From Podarcis melisellensis (taxonomy: Eukaryota), in NCBI GenBank assembly GCA_964234715.1, contig OZ174281.1: a DNA stretch of 64,000 bases, one strand, 5' to 3'. Shown piece after piece: positions 48,764 to 60,287 of this stretch; position 1 is the stretch's first letter; each line of letters starts with the position of its first letter. The position numbers and the translations under genes are program-made. Under the pieces are notes generated by a model that was not told the origin of the DNA, ran no database searches, and worked only from the letters and a program-made list of their open reading frames with translations.

Positions 48764-49198
48764 CAGGTATAGGCAAACCTGGCCCTCCAGATGTTTTGGG
48801 ACCACAACTCCCATCATCCCTGACCACTGGTATTGTTAGCTAGGGATGGTATTGGGTTTAACACGTTTTATGTTACAAGGCGTGTTCTAACCAATCGTAT
48901 AAGCATTGGTAGACGAACATTCTAATGGCAAATAAGTGTATGCACTTTCAACTGTCAACTGTCAACGGTCAGTTCATGCTCGACATTATTATTGTGTTGT
49001 CCAGTCAGTTTGGTTCTTGTTTTCCTATGTGAGCTATTGTCACTAACAAATGTTAAATAAACGTAGTTGAGGAACTTATACTGCCTTGGGTTTCTGACTT
49101 TTTCCAAACATTTAACACCTGACCACTGGTCCTGTTAGCTAGGGATGGTGGGAGTTGTGGTCCCAAAACATCTGGAGGGCTGAGTTTGCCTATGCCTG
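48764..49198. mobile_element. URR1-like hAT MITE with internal insertion
   Basis: TIR CAGGTATAGGCAAAC / GTTTGCCTATGCCTG; 8-bp TSD CTCTAAGC (48756-48763; right copy 49575-49582 displaced by a SINE insertion). Confidence 0.88.
48851..49117 (+). mobile_element. LTR-like fragment inside the MITE
   Basis: AATAAA about 55 nt before a TTTAACA terminus; flanked by a 32-bp duplication of MITE sequence. Confidence 0.5.
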
Positions 49199-49203
49199 CT
49201 CTA

Positions 49204-49565
49204 GGTAAAGGTAAAGGTACCCCTGCCCGTACGGGCCAGTCTTGCCAGACTCTGGGGTTGTGCGCCCATCTCACTCAAGAGGCCAGGGGCCAGCGCTGTC
49301 CAAAGACACTTCCGGGTCACGTGGCCAGCGTGACATCGCTGCTCTGGCGAGCCAGAGCTGCACACGGAAACGCCGTTTACCTTCCCGCTAGAAAGCGGTC
49401 CCTATTTATCTACTTGCACCCGAGGGTGCTTTCGAACTGCTAGGTTGGCAGGCGCTGGGACCGAGCAGCGGGAGCGCACCCCGCCGCGGGGATTCGAACC
49501 GCCGACCTTTCGATCGGCAAGCCCTAGGCGCTGAGGCTTTAACCCACAGCGCCACCCGCGTCCCT
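49204..49565 (-). mobile_element. Sauria SINE, full length, young (CpG intact)
   Basis: Intact A/B boxes, (CCTTTA)n tail, 14-bp TSD CTATGCCTGCTCTA (49190-49203, 49566-49579). Confidence 0.95.
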
Positions 49566-49743
49566 CTATGCCTGCTCTAAGCAGTAGAAAATAAGACTGA
49601 AGCAGGGACAGTGCACCAGAGGGGATGGGAAAGTGGAACTTCTTCAGGACCCTAGGAATTCCTGTTGCTTAGTGTCCAAATGGCTCACCTATCAATCACA
49701 GCTCTTACTTCACTCATCAGCTAAAAACACTGAGAGGCAGGAC

Positions 49744-51000
49744 CATACCCTCCAACATTTCTCCAATGAAAATAGGGATGTCCCATTCAATAATGATGAT
49801 GTTACTATTTATATCCCACACATCTGACTGGGTTGCCCCAGTTACTCTGGGCAGCTTCCAACATATATAAAAACATAATAAAACATTAAACATTAAAGAA
49901 AAAAAACCCTTCCATATACAGTGGTGCCTCACAAGACGAAATTAAGCCGTTCTGTGAGTTTCTTCGTCTTGCGGATTTTTTCGTCTTGCGAAGCACGGAT
50001 GCACCCTGGTACTGTATTATGAACATTATTACAGTACAGTACTCCTTTTATAATGGGATAGCGGGCAAAGCACAAAACGGGTCACTCCCCAGCAGGAGGA
50101 GTTTCCCCAGCCTGGAGGATCTGTTGCCGGGAAGAGGCAAAGACACCCCCTCCCACCTCCCCACGAAAACAGCCCCCCTTCCTCTTTCGCCAAGCCTTGC
50201 CGCGTCTTCGCTCTGCCAAACCGCGTCCCACATCAAAGCCCCAGCCCGCTCCTCTCCCTCTCTCTCCACGAGGTGCCAAAGGAAGTTCGAGCCCAGGAAC
50301 TGAGGGCGGACACATGAAGCCCCCTGCGCGGACTCTCCCTTGCTCCCCCCGTTACCTTGCACCACGCCGCCAGGCTCCCCACAGTCTCGGCAGCTGCTCC
50401 CGGCTTCTTCCCACCGCCACAAAGGCGCCTTCGCGGCGGCCCAAGCACAGTGGATGCCTCCTCCTCCTTGGTCCCCCTCCTCCTGCCTTCGCGCAGTTAG
50501 GGCAAAATGGAGCAGCCACGTGGGGAGAGGGAGAGAGAGAGGCAGAGGCGGCGGCGGCACAGAGACCCAGCCAGATCCGCTGGATCCCAGCCCACCTGCC
50601 TCCTCTCTGCCCTCTCCAGAAGAGGATCCCTCTGGAAAAGGTAGGTCGCTCCCTCGCTCGCTCCCTGCCAGCCCAGTTCCCGCTTCAAAAGGAAACAAAC
50701 TCGCAAGACGTTTCGTCTTGCGAAGCAAGCCCATAGGGAAATTCGTCTTACGAAGCACCTCAAAAAACGAAAAACTCTTTCGTCTTGCGAGTTTTTCGTC
50801 TTCCAAGGCATTCGTCTTGCGAGGTACCACTGTATAGGATTGCCTTCAGACAGCTCAGGGGTCAGATAACTCCATATCCTCCAACATTTCTCTAATGAAA
50901 ATAGGGACATCCTAAGGAAAAGTAGGACATTCAGGGATCAAATCAGAAACCAGGACGGCTTGTCTAAATCAGGGGCGTCCCTGGCAAATAGGGACTCTTG
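49744..51000. mobile_element. Composite hAT-like element containing an L2 tail and a nested Tigger-like MITE
   Basis: CATACCCTCCAACATTTCTCC..GAAAATAGGG at 49744 and again at about 50873; antisense L2 tail 49787-49918 resuming after 50832; GGGATCAAATCAGAAACCAGGACGGC..GGGAC end. Confidence 0.7.
49919..50832. mobile_element. Tigger-like MITE, 'GCAAGACGAA' family, long form with CpG-rich interior
   Basis: TA|CAGTGGTGCCTCACAAGACGAA...TTCGTCTTGCGAGGTACCACTG|TA; ends homologous to 252-514 in the opposite orientation. Confidence 0.92.
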
Positions 51001-52407
51001 GCTGGAATCTACACACATATAAAAACTGTTCTGAAAATGCTTTTTCCATAAGACTCACCATCACCATCTAGTGTCACATTGTATATTGCACTTAAAACAC
51101 TCTTAATATGTTTTATTTGCAGCACTATAGCTGCAAATTGGAGGGTCTATAGTCCACCTGGCTTGGACAGTTTCCTGAACACTTTATTTCTAAACATTCT
51201 TTCTAAGACAGCTAGGGAATTACATATCTATATATATGAGGTTCTAGGCCTAGAGGTGCTAATGAAGGCCATTGCAGATGCCTGCAGCTGCTGTATTAGC
51301 AGCTCCTGGTCTATTGCACTAGTGTCATCTTGGAGAATAAAAGTAAGGTTAGTACTTGAATACTGAATACTGCTTTAAAAGTATAGTGCAGATGGACCCA
51401 AAACTCCCTGCAAGTAAAACACTATAATGGCAAGAGGAATGGTTCTGGCCTAGCCTGTTCCCTGCTGTGATAGTTTATACTGGCTAAGCATGTTTTCACT
51501 TCAGGAGCAGTTTAAAATGTGATTCCCCACCTGCAAATCTGCAATAAAACAATCCATTCTAGCACCAAGTTATTCACTCCTTATTCTTCTAGATGTGCAG
51601 GCTTAACGCTTTTCAAATTAGAAAATCCTTTGTTAGTGCCATTTTTACACACTGGAAATTATTCAGAAGAAGCAGACATCCATAAATAGTGCAAACGGAC
51701 AGATGACAATTACTTTAGCTAGAACAAACACAATTTTTATGTTCACTAAAACAGAAGAAGCAATTTGGAAGAATTCCTCTTGCTAAATATTTGCTATTCT
51801 TATTGTGCCCGCAAAAAGGTTTGTTTTCTTTTTTAGGTAAGATTAGGGCCAGTGGATAAGGACTATATGAATAACACTTGATTGGGTAAGGCAAATAGCC
51901 GTGTAATTAAACTGTAAACACTGTATGTGGTAATTTTAATGTAGTTTAAGGCCTTGTAAATTACATGGTCATAAAACGGCACTTGGGGTTATGCTTTGCA
52001 AAAATATTGATGTTTGTGTTGGATTAATTAGTGTCATTTGCATACAGAGAGGAGCAGAGCGCCCAATTCATGATCAAGGTCAGGCCTTAACTGAGCTTTC
52101 TACAGTAGAAGACACCAAAAAGGGGTGGTCAGACTGTATAATCTTCCATATTAAACTCAGTTGGTTTGTTTTTTAATTAGTGAAAACAAAGAATATTAAT
52201 GATATGTCTCGTGACAAAACATCAACAGTTCTGAAATCTTTAAAATGAGCTGCACTCAAGAGCTTCTTTGAGAAATGTGCAATGGTTTATATTGTTGAGA
52301 AGGTCACCCTATTCCAAGAATGCCCGTGTTATCTGACCGCAAGTGGTACATAGACAATAGATCGCTGCTTTCATGTCCCTGATGTGAAAATCTAAACATG
52401 CCTAGTT

Positions 52408-52510
52408 CATCCCCTCCAAGTGTCCCGATTTTCCAGGGACAGTCCTGGAATTATGACAGCCATCCCGGCTTCTGATTTGATCCCAGAATGTCCCGATTTC
52501 CCCCGCCAGT
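52408..52510. mobile_element. hAT-like element left end (CATACCCTCCAA family)
   Basis: CATCCCCTCCAAGTGTCCCGATTTTCCAGGGACAGTCC..CCCGGCTTCTGATTTGATCCC. Confidence 0.75.
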
Positions 52511-52789
52511 CCTACCGTCACTGAGCTCAGAGAGGAGGCTGAGCAGGCGTTTGTTCCAAGTGATGGCAGCAGCGAGAGAGCTTCCTCTTGCCTGTCCATG
52601 GCCTCTGTTGCTGGCTTCCTCCCTTGGGCAGCTTGTGGCAGCTGCTGGACAGCAGGAGAGGAGGAAGAGAGACTGCCACTGCTGTGGCCCAGTCCAGTTT
52701 GAATGAATATATATCTTCTCATTTGTCCCCAGGTAATCTTACCATTTTCTAGGAAAACCAATCTGTTTCTTTCCCAGGGATAATTAATA

Positions 52790-53385
52790 CAGTGGTACCT
52801 TGGGTTAAGAACTTACGTAATTCATTCTGGAGAAGGAAATTGATTGAATACGCAGAATTGGACAAACTGACTGGGAAGATTCGATATCAGAAAGACCAAA
52901 AGTTTATCGAGGACTGGGGGAAATTTACAGAATATCTGAAAAACATATGTGATGTACAGACAACACTTGTTGGTTTTGAAGAGACTCTGTGAGATAGTAA
53001 GAAATACTGCAAAAAAGAGAGTAAGAGGAAAAGGAGTTCTAAAAGGCAATATTATGTTTAGAAATGCATTAACAAATAGAAATTTTACGAAAGATTGACA
53101 GAGAAACTGAGGGAAGTCAAAAATCGAAGAATGAGTGTTAAATTATTTGTTGACTGTATAAAATTGTTTGGAAAATGAATAAAAATTATTTTTTTAAAAA
53201 AAGAACTTACGTAATTCGTTCTGGAGGTTCGTTCTTAATCTGAAACTGTTCTTAACCTGAGGTAGCACTTTAGCCGCACAATTCTCATCCTGTTCTCATC
53301 CTGAAGTAAAGTTCTTAACCCGAGGTACTATTTCTGGATTAGTGGAGCCTGTAACCTGAAGCGTCTGTAACCCGAGGTACCACTG
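52790..53385. mobile_element. Tigger-like MITE interrupted by an L1 fragment
   Basis: TA|CAGTGGTACCTTGGGTTAAG ... GTAACCCGAGGTACCACTG|TA. Confidence 0.9.
52833..53200 (+). mobile_element. 5'-truncated L1 LINE (ORF2 C-terminus, 3'UTR, A-tail)
   Basis: KLIEYAELDKLTGKIRYQKDQKFIEDWGKFTEYLK resembles squamate L1 ORF2 ends; AATAAA and A-rich tail; 26-bp TSD (52807-52832, 53201-53226) at a TT|AAGA site. Confidence 0.85.
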
Positions 53386-53548
53386 TAGTGCTAATATATA
53401 GTAGTATAGATATAAATGCTTGTATTGGATATAGCAAAGGTTCTGGGGGCTATTTAGACTTGCCATTATATTGTGGACAATGTGAGGATTGCTGTTATAG
53501 GAAGATGTCTGGTGGGACTCACCATTGGGGGAGTATTTACTTCACTTA

Positions 53549-53936
53549 GTGGGGACACAGGTGGCGCTGTGGTCTAAACCAGTCAGCCTCTTGGGCTGGC
53601 CGATCAGAAGGTCAGCGGTTCAAATCCCTGTGACAGGGTGAGCTCCCGTTGCTCGGTCCCAGCTCCTGCCAACCTAGCAGTTTGAAAGCATGCCAAAAAG
53701 TGCAAGTAGATAAATAGGTACCGCTCCGGTGGGAAGGTAAACGGCTTTTCTGTGCGCTGCTCTGGTTCCAGTGTTCCTTTGCGCCAGAAGATGCTTAGTT
53801 ATGCTGGCCACATGACCCAGAAAAACCGTCTGAGGACAAATACTGGCTCCCTCGTCCTGTAAAGCGAGATGAGCGCCACAACCCCAGAGTCGTCTGCGAC
53901 TGGACTTAACTGTAAGGGGTCCTTTACCTTTTTACC
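53549..53936 (+). mobile_element. Sauria SINE, full length
   Basis: GGGGACACAGGTGGCGCTGTGGTCTAAACC head, (ACCTTT)n tail, 12-bp TSD TTACTTCACTTA (53537-53548, 53937-53948). Confidence 0.93.
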
Positions 53937-55518
53937 TTACTTCACTTAACCCTCTAACTCCTTTCCAATAGGACATGTGCACAGTTCCAGTTGAGCCTTG
54001 CTAGCTGTGGCTGATGGGAGTTGTAGTCCAAAACATCTGGAACGCACCAGCTTGGCAAAGGCTGCACTAAACAATCCAGGGGTTTGCTACAGCTAAAGCT
54101 GTTATTAAAGATGTAGTGCCCCTTAGAGGGAAATTAAAAGTCACAGATGAAAGATGGTCTCTGTTACTTTTGTAGACTGTTGTGTTCCACTTCAAAGCAA
54201 GTAAGAAAGCATACTTTTCATCATGGGATATAGGGTGGAAAGAATTATGAGAGGAGAGAATTATGCCTATATGATATAATTGATGCTGGCTGTGGAAGAT
54301 GATAATTTATAGATCCACTTGGACAAAATAGAGCCAAACACCGGACAAGAATTAAAGTTTTGCAATATCTTCAGGAGGTCAGATCAGAGATTTCAGATTT
54401 TTTCACTGATACTAATATGAACTGTCCAAATTCTCAAGTACCTCAGCTTAAGAAATGCTTACACTTTGAAGTATCAAGAAACTATTGATGTTTTCTATAG
54501 GGAATCTGTAATATTCTAAGGGAGATGGAAAAGGAATGGGACATGGTGAGGGGGAAATTGGACACAATTTTATTGAGGCCATAGAAGTGGAGAGAGACAT
54601 GTTTTGTGGATGAAAGATGGGGAAGTGGTAAAACATAATAAAATGCGGTAGAGAAAACTAGGTTTCGCTTTCATAGCAGTTTTCATCCCTTCTCCCGGTT
54701 CACAGAATTTCTTTTTTTTTTTTTTGTCCACTTTCCTGTGTTTAATTTCTTTCCACCTGCCAACTATGATGTCTTTTTTGTGTGTGTGAATTCTTTGTCT
54801 CCTGCACTCACATTTGGTCTCAAGGAACATTTCCTTAACTATGAACCTTATTTGCATAAGATTGCATATGATACACCATCACTGCAAAAAGCAACCTTCA
54901 TTTAATGCATTACAAGGGTGATATATTCAAATAAAAGACTATTAATGTTCTGATGCACATTACATCATTTCCCTACAGTTTCAAAAATATGCCCCTTATT
55001 TTGCAGGTCTTCAAGCAACAACCCCAGCTCAGGAGTTGTGTATGTGTGAAAGGAATTAAATTGGAGACTTGTACAAAATGCCCAACTAGCCTTCAGTTAG
55101 TTATCTGTCTGTCTAGAAAAATCTATTTATGTTGCCCTCATTTCTAAGTGCTTATTACATGGGCACAAACAGGATCAAAATGCAGGGGATTTGAATTATC
55201 TATTAAGCTCAGGCTCTCTCACAAACACGGTCAGGTGCAGCTTGTTAATTTTTATCCCAAGTAAGAAAGAAATCTCAGCTGAACACTATCCTCTTTTTTT
55301 TTTATCCTATGAGACCTCCATGGAGAAAGAAAAATCAGCTCTGCCATTTTTCTTTGGCTTTGTCGCATCCAAGCAGAGAAATACCCAGCCAAGCAAATAA
55401 AGTGTTTGCAATTTTCAGACATCAATCCTTGTAATTTGAAAAGCAGCAGAAACAAAACGTGCTTATGTGGAAAGAATTAGGCTTCCCATTTTGTCAGATA
55501 TAATAACGCATAGACAAA

Positions 55519-55960
55519 GACCATGTTTGGATGCCACATGGGTAAACCATTGTTTAGCATGATGAGAATTTAGCCGCAGTGATGCGCAGGCTCACGGACT
55601 TCTCCACCTTCCGTCTCTTCTGTGAGGAGGGTATTAGAAGCTTTCGATTCTGATTTCCATTAACCTCAGTTTAGCATGTCAGCCAAACCCTAAATTGTGG
55701 TTAGCATTAAGTATAGCCTGTTTAAACAAGCCAGCTTTATAACCTATGATTTGAAGCTGGCTTGTTTCAAACAAGCCACGGTGAAGATCAACCACAGTCT
55801 GTCAGTTAGGATGACACAACAAGCTGTGGTTAAGCAAAGAAGAAGAAGCAAAAACTCCTTCTGGATGTGCTAGAGTGGGAGCAGTCTACAAGCCAAAGGC
55901 TCACTGTAGCTCATTCACATCACCCTAACTATGGGTTAGTGTGACATTTGAACCATGACC
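55519..55960. mobile_element. Palindromic PIF/Harbinger-like MITE, degraded
   Basis: CATGTTTGGATGCCACA..TAAACCAT / ATGGGTTAGTGTGACATTTGAACCATG ends; central hairpin AAACAAGCCAGCTT..AAGCTGGCTTGTTT. Confidence 0.6.
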
Positions 55961-56419
55961 GATTATTAACAAATACAAATTTAATAAAAGAAATAGTTTT
56001 CACAGTTCTTCTACAAATCCTCCCCGGTTAGACGAGATGTTTATCATGACATTCTTACTTTATCACACACATTTTCTCTCACAAATAGTAATTGTGAGAA
56101 CACAAACACAAGATCAGGACCCTGACATGGAAGGTAGGGAAGCTTAAACCCTTTTGCCACCAATGTGGTCCCAAACTGGATTGGGCCCCTTCAGTTTCCA
56201 TTGGAAAATAAATCATTTAAATGAATAGGAGCTTTACCCCCAAAACAAATTGATTAGGACTGCGGTGGGGGGAAGGAGAGACAAAGAGTCCAACTTCGGG
56301 GTTGTGTGTTCTAGATCGGTCTCATCCCTAAGCAATTTGTTTAATGAAAAATCTTGCATCCCCAGGACAACGATGTGCTTTTGTTTGGTCCATAGATAAA
56401 GGCAGATAGGTGGCATATA

Positions 56420-56420
56420 A

Positions 56421-56474
<54 letters not shown>
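56420..56474. repeat. (AAT)n microsatellite (L2 tail derived)
   Basis: Preceded by CAGATAGGTGGCATATAAA, an L2 end motif. Confidence 0.9.
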
Positions 56475-56477
<3 letters not shown>

Positions 56478-57551
56478 ATTTGTGCTTGCACAAATGCAAC
56501 CCAGAGATAGTACGATTTTTAAGAAACAACAAGAATAATATGCTGCTAAGGCTGTATAAACTCCCTAGTCCCTTGTCACTAGTGCTGAAACCTAGACCCA
56601 TTGCATCCATTTTGCATGTTGCTATATGGATTTTTCTTCCCCTTAATGAGCGGTTTGCACTTGTCTTTCAGCCCATTTTTCCAAACAGTCAAGGTGATCT
56701 TGATTTTTATTTCCACCCACAATGGTGTTTGCATTTACAGTTGCTATCACCTACAGGCATATCCAGACTGCTTCAATGAAGGCATTTCTGTCAAGGTGTC
56801 ACCACACTTCAGAGTGAGAGCTTCGGAAACAGTGTGTGGCAGAATTTTGACGGTGTGTGTATATATATATAACACAACGAACACTGGCACACAGGAAAGA
56901 GGTGCCTGCCCCTTTAAAAACAAAGATGCAAGGGCAAAGCTGTTCCCAAGAAGTCAGTAAAAGTGGCAATGTTTATTAATGGTTGCAACAGAGTGCTTTT
57001 CTTTTCAGTTGCCCTATTAAAGAAGCTCTTTGTCCTAATAAACACCCATGAAAGAGCTTGCTCTTAGGGCACCTTCTCTGCACTTTATTTATAATGAGCC
57101 TTCTAATGAGTACACAGTGTTTATGTTTCCTTAAGAGACCCATCACTCCCTTTTCGCAGTCTGTTCTTTTAAAAAAAGAACTAGACAAAGGACACACACC
57201 CCCGCTGCCACAACGCACACACACACACCTGCCCAACACACACACACATCTTTTTGCAAGGACACATAATCTCAAAGGGCAAATGAGCATTTGAGCATAA
57301 AAAAAAAGGATGCCTAGCACAGAAGACTGAAGGACACAGCTCAGCTCTGTGGTGGTGCTGTGCTTCTAAACTGCTTTGCTGCACATTCTCTCCATTTCAG
57401 ACGTGGGGACATCTTAGAAAGATAAATGGAGCCAGTTCTGAATCTCACAGCTTAAACTACGCTAGACATCTGCATAGCAGAGACTGGCAATTTCTTACAG
57501 CAATATAGTTATGTCACCTTTTGTGGGGCAGGGATGGGGGCTTTTCCTGTA

Positions 57552-57721
57552 CAGTGGTACCTCTGGTTACGTACTTAATTCTTTCCGGAGGTCCGTTCTT
57601 AGCCTGAAACTGTTCTTAACCTGAAGCAAAGTTCTTAACCTGAGGTAATATTTCTGGGTTAGCGGAGTCTGTAACCTGAAGCGTATGTAACCTGAAGCTT
57701 ATGTAATCCGAGGTACCACTG
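57552..57721. mobile_element. Tigger-like MITE (internal deletion) inside an L2 tail
   Basis: TA|CAGTGGTACCTC...CGAGGTACCACTG|TA; flanks CCTGTA / TAAGGAATTTTTTAATG..GAAGCCACTCAGAGTGGCTGGG. Confidence 0.92.
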
Positions 57722-57825
57722 TATAAGGAATTTTTTAATGTCTGTTGCTTTATGGTGTTTTTGTATTTTGCTGGAAGCCACTCAGAGTGGCTGGGACAAC
57801 CCAGTCAGATGGGTAGCATATAAAT

Positions 57826-57828
57826 AAA

Positions 57829-57875
<47 letters not shown>

Positions 57876-57908
57876 TACTACTACTACTACTACTACTATT
57901 ACTACTAC
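57826..57908. repeat. (TTA)n(CTA)n microsatellite at the L2 tail
   Basis: Seen directly. Confidence 0.9.
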
Positions 57909-58019
57909 CACCCTCCCAAAATGCCCCAATCTAGAGGCAAACTTGTTTCTTCAAAAGCAATGGGTGTACTGCATTACATCCTATTTGTGTTGGCAGTTCC
58001 TTTGAGAACCTCCTAGGGT

Positions 58020-58155
58020 CAGGCTTCCTCAAACTCGGTCCTCCAGATGTTTTGAGACTACAATTCCCATCATCCCTGACCACTGGTCCTGCAAGCTAGG
58101 GATCATGGGAGTTGTAGGCCAAAAACATCTGGAGGTCCGAGGTTGCGGAAGCCTG
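58020..58155. mobile_element. URR1-like hAT MITE
   Basis: TIR CAGGCTTCC..AA / TT..GGAAGCCTG; GACTACAATTCCCATCATCCC..GGGAGTTGTAG hairpin body. Confidence 0.88.
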
Positions 58156-58899
58156 TTCTATGTTCTTACACTGCAGTAATGGGAAGGTTTCAATGAATAA
58201 CTCCTCTCCCCCAAGCACACACAAACCCCCATTGGCATAAGTGGTGACCTGGACTACAACAAGGCAATCATGATTAAGGCGAACCTGGAAAATCAGGAAC
58301 AGTTTTAATACACAGTCGCTTCTAAGATTTACCAAGATCCATAGTTCCAGCTATCAATCCCTTCATGACCTCTTCATGTTTGCATCATGAGTTCCTAAGT
58401 GTAGCCATTGTGGAGCTTCCACTGCTCAGTGTTAGTCCCTTGCTGAAGACCTTGTTTAACAGTACCTGTCATCTCTTACTTATAACCTGATCACAAACCT
58501 GTATTTTAATGGAATTACAATGGAGTAAGATGGAACTGATGTTATGTCACAGGGCTTTCCACAAATGCAAAACTTTTTTCTTTTTTTGTGCTAAAGGCTC
58601 AAGTTCAAAATTTCAAAAATTGTAGCTCCAATTTTCTAAAACTGGCTTCCTAAAGGCAAAGTGTAGCCAGTGTTTACTGCTCTTTGTTGCCATTGCATTT
58701 CTGCTTCTGGGGGTTCTAACAAGGTCTGGAAGGCTGTGGTAGAAGTTCTGGATACCACAAGCTTCCTAGTTTTCAGTCCATAGTACCTTCAGCATAATCT
58801 AAACTCCTATTTAGAGACACAAGACATCTAATGTGAATGTGGGCCTTGAATTAGAACCCATTGTGGGCAGACCTCCCATTGCATCATTTGGGTATTCCA

Positions 58900-59255
58900 A
58901 CACAGTGATTAGCATCCCATTAATCCAGCTATTATGAACTGGTAAACAGATCACCAGGCCTGTTTCAATGGTTTTCTTGGTACTGGTGTATAAAGCCTTG
59001 AACAGATTTGAGTACTTAGAAGAGTGCTTTACCCAATATCTGTTGACCCCAGACCTCAGATCTTCAGTGGAAAACTTGCTCGTAGTCCCATTGATGAGCA
59101 TCATTTGTTCTGCAGTGAAACAGGACGGGGCCTTCTCCATCATGGCACCCCAGATGTGGAACTCCATTCCCATGGAAGTACATTTGCCCGTCGCTTCAGT
59201 AGTGTTTCATAATTAATTGAAGACACTTTCAGGAGTTAAGGCTTTTGGAAGTTAA
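58900..59255 (+). mobile_element. L2 ORF2 C-terminal relic
   Basis: LVLVYKALNRFEYL..LRSSVENLLVVP..GAFSIMAPQMWNSIP. Confidence 0.85.
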
Positions 59256-60287
59256 ATATTAACTGAAGGTCAGCAGCTGATATTTGATTTGTTGTGGAAC
59301 TGAAATTTCTTATTATTGTAATTTGTTTTAAGTGAGGCTTTAATGTCTTAACATCCATTTTGTGAGACACAGACTTTTATCTGAGATGCTCATTTGACAA
59401 AGGGCGCTTTGGAAATGCAATTAATAATCTTAAGAGTAACAGTAATAATAACTGCAGATACGATATCTGCCAGGGTGCAGTGGTTACACAGTGCCATCAG
59501 GGGAGTAAAACTTTCCATTTGGATAACAGCCAGTGAGAGGGACATCTCAGTTCTTCTATGATTCTGCTGCAGTTCCCCCCAAGACTGCACTGTGGTGTCT
59601 GCAGGTGGCCACATCCTTAAGAGAGTCTTACAACTAGAGAGAAGAGCCATACTAATTGAGCCATTGTGACTGAAGCACTAGAAGCCCTATTCCCCATCAA
59701 AAGGATGTCATTTCCCGCACTGAGAATTTCTCACAAAGGAAACTAATTCTCTTCACTGTTCTTCATTATTTTCATGGCACATTCCCCCCCCCCCTTGACC
59801 CTATTCTTTTTACCTTTTTTTTAAAAAAGGATCAATAGGTTAAAACATATAGCGTTTTGTAAGAGCTTTAGGTTTGCACATTAGGCTCAGATAAAAAGGA
59901 ACTGGAAGCAGGTGTCAATATAGAAGAGGTCACTTTAAAATAATGCAGGTTGTTAGCAGAGTAACTTGATATACATACCTACAACTTCCATTGCCAGTTC
60001 ATCTTGTCTCATAGATTGTAAGCCAGGGTTTTCACCTGAACCACAAATACAATGAATGCAACAAGTGTACTTGTGAAGGTGACCTAAGTTCATTGTGTAA
60101 CAGATAATGGCAGCATTCCAATTTACTCCTTACTCTTTCATGAGAAAATATTCTGAAATGAACTAATGAAAATATGAGTAGATGGAATGGATCCTTTAAT
60201 GTAATGGTGAAAAAAGTTGTCAGTATGTAATTTCACTGTCCATCACCCAAACATTCAGTAGTTTAGCACTAGAACAAGAACACTGTG

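Noticed and set aside
50048-50830. 260-aa ORF and overlapping 165-179 aa ORFs
   Set aside because: Lie wholly within the GC-rich MITE; open on both strands because of low stop density; no transposase or other domain motif
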